Source: an uncultured bacterium
Lineage (GTDB): Bacteria; Zixibacteria; MSB-5A5; UBA10806
Direction: 5' to 3'
Length of the DNA: 64,000 bases
NCBI GenBank assembly: GCA_965541585.1
Contig: CBEUCH010000004.1
Coordinates: 96,001 to 160,000, forward strand
The position numbers and the translations under genes were made by a program. This document shows, piece after piece, positions 40,544 through 54,300 of the stretch (positions within the stretch are counted from its first letter, which is position 1; each line of letters starts with the position of its first letter). The notes under the pieces were generated by a model. The model worked only from the letters and a program-made list of their open reading frames with translations, was not told the DNA's origin and searched no databases.

Positions 40544-40924
40544 CTAATCCGTTCCATCCGAAACCAGTATAGCCGAGGCAACGGCATATTCGTTGGTATG
40601 GGAAAGAGAGATTACGACCTTCTTATTACCGGTATGACTTCTAATCGCACGACCCAATCTCACCTGCGGCTGGCCCCTGCGGTCATTAACCACCTCCACC
40701 GATGTCCACTTAACGCCCTCGGCAAATCCTGTCCCGATGGCCTTGAAAACAGCCTCCTTGACGGCAAACCGGCCCGCAAACGACAGTGCGGGATTAATCT
40801 TCGACAGACAGTATTCTATCTCCCAGGGTGTGAATACGCGGTTGGTAAAACGTTCACCGTAACGATCTATTGCCATTTTTATCCTCTTAATATCGACCAG
40901 GTCGATGCCTACAGATTCGATCAT
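40544..40924 (-). CDS. acpS: Holo-ACP synthase
   Basis: GIDLV, FAGRFAVKEAVFKAIGTG, ISLSH. Confidence 0.93.
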   Translation of the reverse strand: MIESVGIDLVDIKRIKMAIDRYGERFTNRVFTPWEIEYCLSKINPALSFAGRFAVKEAVFKAIGTGFAEGVKWTSVEVVNDRRGQPQVRLGRAIRSHTGNKKVVISLSHTNEYAVASAILVSDGTD

Positions 40925-40940
40925 AAAATCACCGGCTTTG

Positions 40941-40969
40941 AATATAGTCCTCTACAAATTAAAAGTCAA
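40941..40969 (-). promoter_or_regulatory. Putative sigma70 promoter of acpS
   Basis: TTGACT-17nt-TATATT. Confidence 0.6.
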
Positions 40970-41062
40970 AAGCTTAGTTTATGGATAATCATTACAGATA
41001 ATCCGGATCGAAAACCGTGTAGCCGATCAGGTGGCGGTTTTATTTGTCTATTTTAACATACG

Positions 41063-41875
41063 TTAAAATCCCAGATGTAATCCGAAAGCGAACTTGTGTT
41101 CGGAGCGGCTGCGAATTGACTGATTATCGTACGGCCAGTACCTGAGAAATATCATCATAGCCCCTTTATCTCCGTAGATTGTAAAATTGAAGCTCAGCCG
41201 GTGCTGTTCTTTTATCTTATTGTCGGTGTTCAGCACCCAGAGATTATCGGATTCGATATCGCCTCCGATCCTTCGATAGCGAACGATCCGATAGCGAAAG
41301 TTAGTGTTCACGGCAAAGTCGTAATCGTGGCCTTTCTGGAAGTTCATTCCCTTGGGGGCATAGAAATTAGCCAGCACAAGATAATCGAGCCGGTTTTCCC
41401 ATATCGATTCCTTCCCATTCGGCTCTGGCCGATGATATTTGTATTTGGGGAGATATCCCAGGGTCCCGAAGCCTATTCTCGGCGAATTCCAGTAGACGGA
41501 GTGATCAAGCCACCTGTCGATATCGTGAGCGCAATCGTGATGCATCTGGGCCTCAATAAAATATCTTTCCAGTTCGATCCTGCCTGTAAGCCCGAACGAC
41601 CAGTGCGCCCTTGTCGGGTCGAAGACCATATTCGAATTGAATTTCCTTCCCATGAAGGTTTCCTTGAAAATATCGACAATTAGATAAAAGCCTCCATACT
41701 TGAAAGTCTCAACAGCGCCGTTCAACTCGGTGTCTATAAAATATTGCGCGTCCTGTTTGAAATAGATATAGGAGGCTATATCGCCGTGCCCCTCGAAGAG
41801 AACATCGAAATCTCTACCGGCTGCGCTCGTGGCAATACCAGCGATAATCATAGATGCGAGAATCAAGTTTCGCAA
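41063..41875 (-). CDS. Exported hypothetical protein (probable outer-membrane beta-barrel)
   Basis: Signal peptide, aromatic-rich strands, HHDCAHD motif, terminal GF. Confidence 0.6.
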   Translation of the reverse strand: MRNLILASMIIAGIATSAAGRDFDVLFEGHGDIASYIYFKQDAQYFIDTELNGAVETFKYGGFYLIVDIFKETFMGRKFNSNMVFDPTRAHWSFGLTGRIELERYFIEAQMHHDCAHDIDRWLDHSVYWNSPRIGFGTLGYLPKYKYHRPEPNGKESIWENRLDYLVLANFYAPKGMNFQKGHDYDFAVNTNFRYRIVRYRRIGGDIESDNLWVLNTDNKIKEQHRLSFNFTIYGDKGAMMIFLRYWPYDNQSIRSRSEHKFAFGLHLGF

Positions 41876-41975
41876 AGCTCTCCCCCTTTATTACAATCAA
41901 TCTTTTTCATATCAATTAAATCATCCATCCCCTTAACAATGCGATTCGGAGAGATAATTATCCGTCGCCGACAGC

Positions 41976-42004
41976 AAAAAAACGCCGCTTGCGGAGGCGG
42001 CGTC
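41976..42004 (-). terminator. Rho-independent terminator
   Basis: Minus strand ACGCCGC-CTCCGCAA-GCGGCGT followed by TTTTTT. Confidence 0.75.
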
Positions 42005-42021
42005 AACAGGTCCCTTCGCCA

Positions 42022-43404
42022 TCATATCTTGAATATCTTCTTTCTGCCGGTAGTAACGTTCTTGGTGGCGTTTCTGGTATCAACTATTGTTGATGCCTTA
42101 TCGACAATCCACTGGTAGTTGAAACTGGAGTGATCCGTAATGATTGCCACACAATCAGCATCTTTGAGCGCCTTTTCATCGAGGGGTACAGCCTTCATGT
42201 TCGGGCCGGAATCCATTTTGATCACTGGGACATAAGGATCGCAGTAGTCTACCCTGGCCCCCTTTTCCTGGAGCAACCTGATAACATCGAGCGACGGCGA
42301 TTCCCTCAGATCAGAGACATCTCTCTTATAGGAAGCGCCGAGTACCAGAATCCTGGCACCGTTGATGGAGATCCGTTTTGAGTTCAGGGCAATGGTAATC
42401 TTCTCTATCACATATTCGGGCATGCGTGAGTTTATATCGCCTGCCAGTTCTATGAAACGGGCGTAATAGTTTAGCGATTTCAGTTTCCAGGAAAGATAAT
42501 GAGGATCTATGGGGATGCAGTGTCCGCCGAGCCCGGGCCCGGGATAAAACCGCATGAAGCCAAACGGCTTGGTGGCGGCGGCATCGATAACTTCCCATAC
42601 GTCGATACCAAGACGATCACACATCAAGGCCACTTCGTTAACAAGGGCAATATTGACCGAACGGAATGTATTCTCCAGGAGCTTGACCATCTCCGCCGCC
42701 TTAGTGGAGGAAGTGGGAACCACCTGGGTAAGCACCTGCTCGTAGAACGTTTGTGCTATCTTCAAGCATACCGGCGTGGTTCCGCCGACCACCTTTGGCG
42801 TGTTCTGGGTCGTATACCTCTGATTCCCGGGATCGACACGCTCCGGCGAGAATGCCAGGAAAAAATCAACACCCACTTTCAGCCCCGATTCTTCGAGCCT
42901 CGGTTTTATGAGTTCCTCGGTGGTACCGGGGTAGGTGGTCGATTCGAGAATGACAAGCTGGCTTTTATGTATGCGGCTGGCTATCTCGTTGGTAGCGGCC
43001 AGAATAAAGGATACATCGGGATCCTTGGTTTTATTAAGGGGTGTCGGGACGCAGATTACAACCACATCCGAATTCTTCAAAGCCGAAAAATCACCGGTGC
43101 AGCGAATACGACGGAGGTCGACGAGTTCCTTGACATCGTAATCCTTAACGTCATCAACGTCGGATTTCCCGGCGTTGATTGTCCTGACCTTTTTTTCCGA
43201 TATATCGATTCCCGTGATTTTGAATCCAACCCGGCCGAACTCCACTGCCAGCGGCAAGCCAACATACCCCATTCCAATGATCGCCACCGAGGCTGAACGA
43301 TCTTTTATCTTTTTCTCAAGCCGCGAGACCAAATTCTCGCGATGAACATTGACTTTCCTGGCTTTCGTCCGTGATTTCTTTTTCATTTTCGATCTGGCTG
43401 GCAT
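42022..43404 (-). CDS. Nucleotide-sugar dehydrogenase (UDP-GlcNAc/ManNAc 6-dehydrogenase family)
   Basis: GMGYVGLP, CVPTP, ESTTYPGTT, SPERVDPG, KLLENTFR, GGHCIPIDP, DLRESP. Confidence 0.9.
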   Translation of the reverse strand: MPARSKMKKKSRTKARKVNVHRENLVSRLEKKIKDRSASVAIIGMGYVGLPLAVEFGRVGFKITGIDISEKKVRTINAGKSDVDDVKDYDVKELVDLRRIRCTGDFSALKNSDVVVICVPTPLNKTKDPDVSFILAATNEIASRIHKSQLVILESTTYPGTTEELIKPRLEESGLKVGVDFFLAFSPERVDPGNQRYTTQNTPKVVGGTTPVCLKIAQTFYEQVLTQVVPTSSTKAAEMVKLLENTFRSVNIALVNEVALMCDRLGIDVWEVIDAAATKPFGFMRFYPGPGLGGHCIPIDPHYLSWKLKSLNYYARFIELAGDINSRMPEYVIEKITIALNSKRISINGARILVLGASYKRDVSDLRESPSLDVIRLLQEKGARVDYCDPYVPVIKMDSGPNMKAVPLDEKALKDADCVAIITDHSSFNYQWIVDKASTIVDTRNATKNVTTGRKKIFKI

Positions 43405-43459
43405 ATACGCTCCATTATCACAAATTTTAGCTGACCTTCATAAGGTTTATCGTCAAACT

Positions 43460-44428
43460 TTAGTTTTCCTCAACTTCCTCAACAAGATGATGGTGCCAGA
43501 ACTCGAGAGAATCCGACAGGGTGGTCTCGATGGGAATGGTTGGTTTCCAGCCGGTGTCAGTGGACAGTTTCTCGTATGATCCGATGAGGATCGGTATATC
43601 CACCGGCCGCATGCGGGATTTGTCGCTTTTGATTTCGACGTCTTTTTTTATCAGCGACCTGTATTTATCAAGCAGATCCGAGAGCTTATATCCTCTCCCC
43701 GAACAGACGTTATAGGGCGTGCCTGGTTTTCCTTTTTCCACTATATCGAGATAGGCCTTGACCACATCGCGAACGTCGGTGTAATCCCGCTGCACGCTGG
43801 TATTTCCGACTTTCAATTGCGGGGGAGCAAGGCCTATGTCTATCTTGGCGATCTGAAAGGCCCAGTCGGAGAGCACCGCCACGGTTTTTTGCCCGGGACC
43901 GGAGTGAGAAAAGGCACGCGCGATATAGACCGGCATCTTGTAAGCCATGAAATACTGATGCGCCAGCAGGTCCACCGACGCCTTACTAACGGCATAAGGA
44001 TTGATCGGCCTCAGTGGATGGTCCTCGGTGACAGGGCATTCTTCCGGTTTCAGGCGGCCGTAAACCTCCGACGATGATATAACGAGGGTCTTCACAGGTG
44101 CATCGAATTTACTTAACGTTTCCAGCAGCACCAATGTTGCGATAAGGTTGGCGGAAAATGTCTCGAACGGATTCTCGAAAGACAGCTTGACCGACGATTG
44201 TGCCGCCAGGTGAAACACCGTATCCGGCTCGAACCTGGTTATGGCTCTGGAAACAACATCCTCATCGCGAAGATCGCCTTTAAAGATTTTCACGTCTTTT
44301 GTCCCGAGGTCAACGGCGCTTCCCCGTTCGCCTAAATCCAGCCCGGCCACCTCATACCCTTTTGAGAGGAGCAGTCGAGTCAGATGCCCCCCCACAAAAC
44401 CGCAAATTCCTGTTATCAGGGCTTTCAT
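43460..44428 (-). CDS. rmd: GDP-4-dehydro-6-deoxy-D-mannose reductase-like SDR
   Basis: TGICGFVG, HLAAQSSV, SSEVYG, YAVSK, HSGPGQ, RDYTDVRD; adjacent to gmd. Confidence 0.75.
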   Translation of the reverse strand: MKALITGICGFVGGHLTRLLLSKGYEVAGLDLGERGSAVDLGTKDVKIFKGDLRDEDVVSRAITRFEPDTVFHLAAQSSVKLSFENPFETFSANLIATLVLLETLSKFDAPVKTLVISSSEVYGRLKPEECPVTEDHPLRPINPYAVSKASVDLLAHQYFMAYKMPVYIARAFSHSGPGQKTVAVLSDWAFQIAKIDIGLAPPQLKVGNTSVQRDYTDVRDVVKAYLDIVEKGKPGTPYNVCSGRGYKLSDLLDKYRSLIKKDVEIKSDKSRMRPVDIPILIGSYEKLSTDTGWKPTIPIETTLSDSLEFWHHHLVEEVEEN

Positions 44429-44478
44429 GATCTATTTTATTTCAGTTACACTCGCTAAGATGGATGATCAACCTGTAG

Positions 44479-45486
<1,008 letters not shown>

Positions 45487-45664
45487 TCATATATGGATGT
45501 CAATCGAATAAGGATTTACATCTCTTGAGGCGATTTCTCACCGGAAAACGGATTTTATGAAAACGGGCTGGCATAAGCGTAAAACTCGAAATGGACGCCT
45601 CTATAACTAATTATATGACACCATATTACAGGGGGATATAATTCACATTAAAGTGCAATTGAGC

Positions 45665-45693
45665 TTGAAATTCGGGCGGAAATATCGTATAAT
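45665..45693 (+). promoter_or_regulatory. sigma70 promoter of dciA-gyrB
   Basis: TTGAAA-17nt-TATAAT. Confidence 0.75.
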
Positions 45694-45761
45694 TAAGATG
45701 GAGGGAATTTCGAGTTAAACCCGGCCTGGCTGATTAGTCACCATGCTTTCCCTGAGGAATC

Positions 45762-47997
<2,236 letters not shown>

Positions 47998-48095
47998 GGG
48001 GTTTGTAGCCACCAGTTATAACTGATATGTCTCAGGCCGGAAGCATCATTGTAAGATCTGCGCTTACCATAGTCGGTGGTATATCAATGTACGTC

Positions 48096-48262
48096 GTAGG
48101 GCAGGTTCTTATCATCGTTCCGGCAGGTCGTAGCGAAGTCCTACGGATCCGTCTGGACGTGAACCTGCCGGTAAAAAGAATACGTCAGGAGCGCAGGCCT
48201 ACGGCTCGTCCTACAGATCCCTACGGGCCGTATGGCCGTAGGATATGAGGCTCCTGACCCAC
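48096..48262. repeat. REP-like palindrome pair with nested short palindromic inserts
   Basis: GTAG-GGCAGGTTC(48100)..GAACCTGCC(48169) and GTCAGGAGC(48184)..GCTCCTGAC-CCAC(48262). The loops are filled with CCTACGG/CCGTAGG motifs. Confidence 0.6.
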
Positions 48263-48278
48263 AACCAGGAGGAATCAC

Positions 48279-48764
48279 ATGGAATTGTTCTACTGGGCCA
48301 TGCTGGGCGGACTGGTCGGCACCGTTATGATGGACATCATTGGATGGATTGCCGGCAAGCTGAAGATCACCTGGGGCGGATGCGGAGGAAGTGCGGCCAT
48401 CGGGCGATGGGTTCTGGGCGTCCCCCGTGGACAATTTGTGCACAAGAACATAAACGAATCCGCCACCTTGAAGAATGAGAAGGCCGTTGGGTGGATCTTT
48501 CACTACTTCACCGGCGGTGCTCTAGCGCTTACCTATCCCGCCATTTTTCTCGGGTTCAATATTGCAATGCCAGGTAATAACCTTATTCCCGGCCTCATCT
48601 GGGGATTCGTGACTGCAATCATGCCGTGGTTCGTTCTTTTTCCCGGTTTTGGGTGGGGTCTTTTTGGTGTCAGGTCGCCCGGAAACGTGAGGGCTTTGAT
48701 CTCTCCTGCGGTCGAGCATTCTTTCTATGGGCTTGGATTGGGAATAGTATTGAATCTGATTTAA
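48279..48764 (+). CDS. DUF2938-like membrane protein
   Basis: GT..MD, IGRW..G..RGQFVH, GW..HY.TG, PWF...PGFGWG, H..YG.GL. Confidence 0.7.
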   Translation: MELFYWAMLGGLVGTVMMDIIGWIAGKLKITWGGCGGSAAIGRWVLGVPRGQFVHKNINESATLKNEKAVGWIFHYFTGGALALTYPAIFLGFNIAMPGNNLIPGLIWGFVTAIMPWFVLFPGFGWGLFGVRSPGNVRALISPAVEHSFYGLGLGIVLNLI

Positions 48765-48778
48765 AAAGATTAATATTC

Positions 48779-50053
48779 CTATTTTTCCATCAAGTATCGT
48801 CTGACCATATCCAGCGCTACCACCGCGCTGCGTTCCCTGTTGCGCTCGCGGTTGTTGCCGAACCGATATTCCTTAGCGTTTGTTTTTCCCGCCGCCGACA
48901 GTCCTATATATGTTATTCCGACCGGTTTCTCATCGGTGCCGCCCGATGGCCCGGCGATACCGGTTACCGAGATCCCAATATTGGCACCCAGGTTTTGCAC
49001 CGCGCCCTCGGCCATGTACCTGGCGCACTCCTCGCTGACGGCGCCATATTTTTCTAAAATTATCTGCGGCACGGATAGAAGCTTCATCTTCAGTTCGTTG
49101 GAATAGGCTATAACACCCCCGGCGAAATAGTCCGACGATCCCGGGATATCCGTGATCGTCTTGCCCAGCAATCCGCCGGTACATGATTCCGCCACGGCGA
49201 TAGTCATATGCTTTTCCCTGAGCATCTCACCCACCACTTCCGGCAGGCTGTCATCGTCATAGCCGTAAACATATTTGCTAATTCTCCCGGTCATTTTCTT
49301 TTCCAACTCAACTATCTTCTGACGGCTTTGATCTTCGTCCTTGGTTACGGCCGTCAGGCGGACGTCGACCCCTTTCCAGGACGGCAGAAAGGCAACGGCA
49401 ATCTTCTCATCCCCTGCGGATCGTTCAGTCCGCCCGGTCTGAACCTTGAAATCAATCAGGTCGGCGATCTTCTCATATAAGACAGATTCGATTATGCCCA
49501 CCGTTCGGAGCTTCCGATGGATTGTAACAATTTCGCCGGATCGTTTCTTAATAGCGTCCGTTACCCAACCCTCGATCATCGCCTTCATCTCCGATGGCAC
49601 TCCCGGTATGGCAACAAATAGTCTATCTTCTTCTTTGATAGCGATTCCCACCGCCGAGCCGACAGGATTGTCTATGAACTCCGCAGCCTGCGGCAGTAAG
49701 GCCTGGTTCTGGTTGATGGCGGGCATGGTCAGCCCCCGTTGTTTGAACCGTGCTTCGATCTTCTTTAGGATCTTATCGTAGAAGATCAGCGGTCTTTTGA
49801 AGTATTTGCAGATCGCCTTTTTGGTGATATCGTCGTTCGTCGGCCCCAGCCCGCCGGTGGTGATAACCAGATCGGCTCTCTGCAGGGCACGTGCAATAGC
49901 CTCGGTAATGGTTTCCAGATCGTCACCCACGGTGGTGCGCCAGACCACTTGCGCCCCGGCGGCGGTTACCCTCTCCGATATGAAAGCGGCGTTGGTATCT
50001 ACGGTGTGCCCGTATAAGAGCTCATCGCCGATCGTGATTATCTCAGCTTTCGT
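48779..50053 (-). CDS. cinA: Competence/damage-inducible protein CinA (MoCF domain + NMN deamidase PncC)
   Basis: SD GGAGG, 5 nt, then ACG and KAEIITIGDELL.G..DTN; GGLGPT.DD.T; PGVP.EM; AESCTGG; GAVSEE; TGIAGP.GG. Confidence 0.9.
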   Translation of the reverse strand, partial: TKAEIITIGDELLYGHTVDTNAAFISERVTAAGAQVVWRTTVGDDLETITEAIARALQRADLVITTGGLGPTNDDITKKAICKYFKRPLIFYDKILKKIEARFKQRGLTMPAINQNQALLPQAAEFIDNPVGSAVGIAIKEEDRLFVAIPGVPSEMKAMIEGWVTDAIKKRSGEIVTIHRKLRTVGIIESVLYEKIADLIDFKVQTGRTERSAGDEKIAVAFLPSWKGVDVRLTAVTKDEDQSRQKIVELEKKMTGRISKYVYGYDDDSLPEVVGEMLREKHMTIAVAESCTGGLLGKTITDIPGSSDYFAGGVIAYSNELKMKLLSVPQIILEKYGAVSEECARYMAEGAVQNLGANIGISVTGIAGPSGGTDEKPVGITYIGLSAAGKTNAKEYRFGNNRERNRERSAVVALDMVRRYLMEK

Positions 50054-50090
50054 CTAAACCTCCAGGATGAATGTCAGGCGATCCACACCA

Positions 50091-50588
50091 TCATAGATAC
50101 CCTACCCCCAACTTATTCAGGATTGCCAGAATTATCTGCAGAATGCAGGCGGCGTAGAACCCGGCGGCGAGATCGTCGGCCATAATACCCCGGCCTCCCG
50201 GCAACGACTGCCATCCCCTCGCCGGAGGAGGCTTGACGATATCGAAAACACGAAACAGCACAAATCCCAGCATGAAAGGCATAAATTTAGCCGGAGCCAT
50301 GAACAGCGCCACCATCTGGCCGGCGACCTCGTCGATTACGATGGGCCTGCCGTCATGACCAAAATACTGTTCCGCTTTCCCGCTGATGTAAACCCCTAAC
50401 TGATAAACTATAATGATAGCGATTAATTGGTAATACCATTGCTGTGGCCAGACGAAGAAAAGAATGAGCACTGTAAATGCCGAGCCCCAGGTACCGGGGG
50501 CCTTCGGCAGGTAACCTGAAAAAAAGAAGGTGGCCAGAAGCCGGGTGAAAAAACCTTTGCCTCCGAATCTCTTTTCAACCTCCGTCAT
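50091..50588 (-). CDS. pgpA: Phosphatidylglycerophosphatase A
   Basis: APGTWGS, IVIDEVAG, FRVFDIVKP, GIMADD. Confidence 0.9.
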   Translation of the reverse strand: MTEVEKRFGGKGFFTRLLATFFFSGYLPKAPGTWGSAFTVLILFFVWPQQWYYQLIAIIIVYQLGVYISGKAEQYFGHDGRPIVIDEVAGQMVALFMAPAKFMPFMLGFVLFRVFDIVKPPPARGWQSLPGGRGIMADDLAAGFYAACILQIILAILNKLGVGYL

Positions 50589-51190
50589 CTCAGCATCCCT
50601 CTAAGTAACCCGCCTGATTTAATCAGATAATCGATCCCGGTCCAGACCGTAAGTATTAAGGGGATAAGTATCAAAACGTCAAAAAGATTATAATGCCAGC
50701 CGACTAATGGCATGATCCACTCGGGGATCACCGATTGGCCCGGATTATGCGGTCGCACCAGCGGTTCGATATTGGCGAAGATCAGGATCGTGGCTAAAAC
50801 TACCATCTGCGTTGCCGTCTTCCATCGGGCCAGAATCGAGGTTGAAATGACCATACCTCTATAAGCGGCCATTGATCGCAGGCCGGTTATCAGGAATTCC
50901 CGAACCACGATGATTATCACCATCCAGCCGCGCGCGTAACCCAGCGGCACGAAGGTTATAAAAGCGGTGGAGACCAGGACCTTATCGGCCAGGGGATCCA
51001 TGAAACGGCCGAACCCGGTATATCGTCCCAGCTTGCGGGCGTAGTAGCCGTCGGCCAGATCGGTTAAGGCTGCAATTATGAATACCACGGTACCCGCCAG
51101 CCGCCAGTAGGGATGTTCGAAAAGCATCAAAACCATGAACACCGGCGAGAGAGCGATTCGAGATAATGTCAAAAGATTCGGCAGGTTCAT
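50585..51190 (-). CDS. pgsA: CDP-diacylglycerol--glycerol-3-phosphate phosphatidyltransferase
   Basis: NLPNLLTLSR, TD..DGYYAR..G..MDPLADK. Confidence 0.92.
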   Translation of the reverse strand: MNLPNLLTLSRIALSPVFMVLMLFEHPYWRLAGTVVFIIAALTDLADGYYARKLGRYTGFGRFMDPLADKVLVSTAFITFVPLGYARGWMVIIIVVREFLITGLRSMAAYRGMVISTSILARWKTATQMVVLATILIFANIEPLVRPHNPGQSVIPEWIMPLVGWHYNLFDVLILIPLILTVWTGIDYLIKSGGLLRGMLR

Positions 51191-51345
51191 AATGTGGCCT
51201 TAAGCAAACCATTCCCTTCTTCTTGCGCACGGCATAATCCGGTCAACTGAGGGAATTTATATGGTTTGAGGGAATGAGTCAAGGGGGCGGAGTTTTTAGT
51301 GCGGTCATAACAAGCGATGACTCACAGCGAAAAAGTTGGTCACAA

Positions 51346-51374
51346 TTGACCGGAGGCTTCAAGCATAGTATCTT
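51346..51374 (+). promoter_or_regulatory. Putative sigma70 promoter
   Basis: TTGACC-17nt-TATCTT, 8 nt before ATG 51383. Confidence 0.6.
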
Positions 51375-51382
51375 AATGCCCC

Positions 51383-54300
51383 ATGATGCAACTCTCCCAG
51401 CCTCAGAAACAAGCCGTGGAATACCTCGGCGGGCCGCAGATAATCCTGGCGGGCGCAGGCTCAGGCAAGACCCGGGTTATCGTCGCCAAGGCACAATATC
51501 TGATTGAGGAGAAGAGCTACTCGCCGGAATCGCTTCTGGTAATCACCTATTCCACCAAAACCCAGGCCGAGCTGGAAGAGCGGATGGCCATTCTCGGAAA
51601 CCGCATGCCGGAGATCAAGACCTTCCATTCTCTCGGCCTGGACATAATCAACGAATTTTCACACCTCCTAGGCGCCGGAGGGGAGATCAGCAAAGCCAGC
51701 GAGTATCGGCTTCATCAATACTTGAAAAGAGCAATATCCGAGCTTGCCGAATCAATGCTCTTAGATACCAACCTGCCGGATGAGATTTACAGGGGTATTG
51801 CAGAATTTATCGAGCGAGCCAAGGATGAGCTGGTGTCGCCGGATGACGTGATTACGGCAGCGGAAGACCAGTTAAGCGGTCTTCCGGCAGATGCCGGCGA
51901 TGATGACGATATTATTGTCAACCGTGACCGCTGGACGAAGGTCCTGGAAGCGGGCAGGATATATCGTGCCTACGAGAGAATAAAATCCGAAAATACCGAT
52001 ACTCAGGGCGGCAATATCGACTATGGTGATATGATTGTCACCTCGCACAGGCTCCTTTCGACTCAGAAGATAGTGGGGGCTACGTTAAGGCAGCGAATCG
52101 AATATATCCTCGTCGATGAATTCCAGGATGCCAACTACGCCCAGGTCGAGATACTTTATCATCTCGCCGGAAATAAATGCGGTATCACGGTTGTCGGCGA
52201 CGACGACCAGGCCATATACAGGTTCCGCGGCGCGAGCTTCGCATCGTTTAAGCTCTTCCAACAGTTATTCCCGGATGCCGAGGTTCATAAGCTGGAGGAA
52301 AATTTCAGGTCGACCTCGAATATCGTAAGAGCGGCTCAGTCGGTTATCGAGATCGATCCCGAAGCGCGTTTTGAATCGCAAAAGAAAATGTTTTCATCAG
52401 GCGATTCAGGTGAAAAGGTTTCGGTCAGAGTCTGTCCCGATTATCTGACCGAGGCGGAATCGGTGACGGATGAAATAGGATCTCTTTTGAAAATAGAAAA
52501 ATATAACAAACCAAAATCGATTGCCGTTCTTTTCAGGGCGAGGCGCCATAAGGATCTATTGGCTGGAATCCTGCAGAGAAAAAAGATCGATTTTTTTTAT
52601 GATAAAAAAATAGAGGAATCGTCATCGCAGCCCGTCAAGTTATTAGGGACTCTCTACGAATTCGTGCTCGACAGCAGCCGTCGGGACCTGCTGGCTGTGA
52701 TAGTTCATCATTTCCTGCCCGGCATAGAACCTGATCTCGAGAGGGAGATCGGGTATAAGCTCTCGCGCCGGGAGAACGAACCGCTCGATATATTAAGAGC
52801 CATCGCCTCGGAAAGCGACAAGGTATTATCTGCCGACCTTCTTAATCTGATCGGTCTTCTGAATGAATTAAGGACCTTGACTCCAGAAAAGAATCCGCTG
52901 CAGCTTCTGGAGCAAGTTATATCACGGGCGGGCATTTTATCATCGGTTATCGCCAATGGGCAGATTATTGATCATCAGGCTATGGCCGATATTGCCGGAA
53001 TACTCAGGGATGCTGATTCATTCATGCAGGAGAATGATACCGGGTCCCACCCGGCATTTCTGGAATATCTGAGCTGGAAAACCGGCGTTTCCGAAGATGA
53101 AAACGCCATCGAGGAGACCGAGGCTCCGGTAGTTTTGCAGACTGTTCATGGTTCGAAAGGACTTGAGTACCCGGTTGTATTTGTTATAGGGCTATCGAAT
53201 ATTCGTTTTCCCTCTCGAAGAAGAAGCGTCACCCTCGAGTTCCCGCCCGAGCTTTACAAAGACGAATTACCGCCCGGCGATTACAGGATTCAGGAGGAAC
53301 GTCGGCTGTTCTACGTTGCCATGACCCGCGCCCGCGAGAGGCTTTACCTGCACGGACTCGAAAAGAAGGGAACCAGGTTGTCGCAGTTCGTAAAGGAACT
53401 GACCGGGCAGCCGGTTTTCGATGAGGTCGGCGAAACAAAGAAGATCGACCAGACAACAACGTTACCTGAAGCCGCCTTCGGGCCGGCTGAGGCCATTGAC
53501 GACGCGAGATCCGTTGTGATTCCGGGCTCGGTTCCCATTGAGGATGCGCTTCCCGAAAGTATCTTGAAACTCTGGAGAATCGAATCCTCAAAGATCCAAA
53601 CGCCGGAGGAGTTCGAGCAGATCAAAGATGAGTTTAGTAGCAAGATTGATTCTTCGCTTTCGGAATTGAAAAGCCTTATCGACCATGAGAAATTTGCTCC
53701 TCGTCAACCGGACCAGCGGTTCAAAGTCGACCGGGTTTCCTATACCGACCTGGAGACATTTGATACATGCCCGCTGAAGTTTTACTACCGGAAAATACTT
53801 CGTATGCCCTCACCGCCTTCACCCCATCAATTGCTGGGGCAGGTGATACATGCGGTACTGGAGAAGGCGGGGAAATCCATGATGGATGGCAAGGCTGCCG
53901 GGTTTGAGGGTCTCATCGAAGAATTCCAATCCCGGTGGAAAAGAATCCATTTGAGCGATCCCGATCAGAAAGAACGATTGATGCAAAGAGGTCGTGAGCT
54001 GCTTGAGAATTTTGCTGCTTTACAATCGAAAAGACCGGGCAAACCGGAATCATTTGAGAAGTCTTTTGAGATAGAGCTTCCCAACGCCCGGCTGACGGGC
54101 AGAATCGATAGGGTCGATAAGACACCGTCGGGATTGGCCGTCATAGACTATAAAACGGGCAAGAAAGATGACTCGAAACTGAAAAAAGATTTGCAGCTGC
54201 CTATCTATTCCCTGGCCTGCAAAGAGATATTTGGAGAATACCCGTCGAGTCTGATTTTCATGTTTCTCAAGGACGGTTCGATTCACGAGGACTCGTTCGA

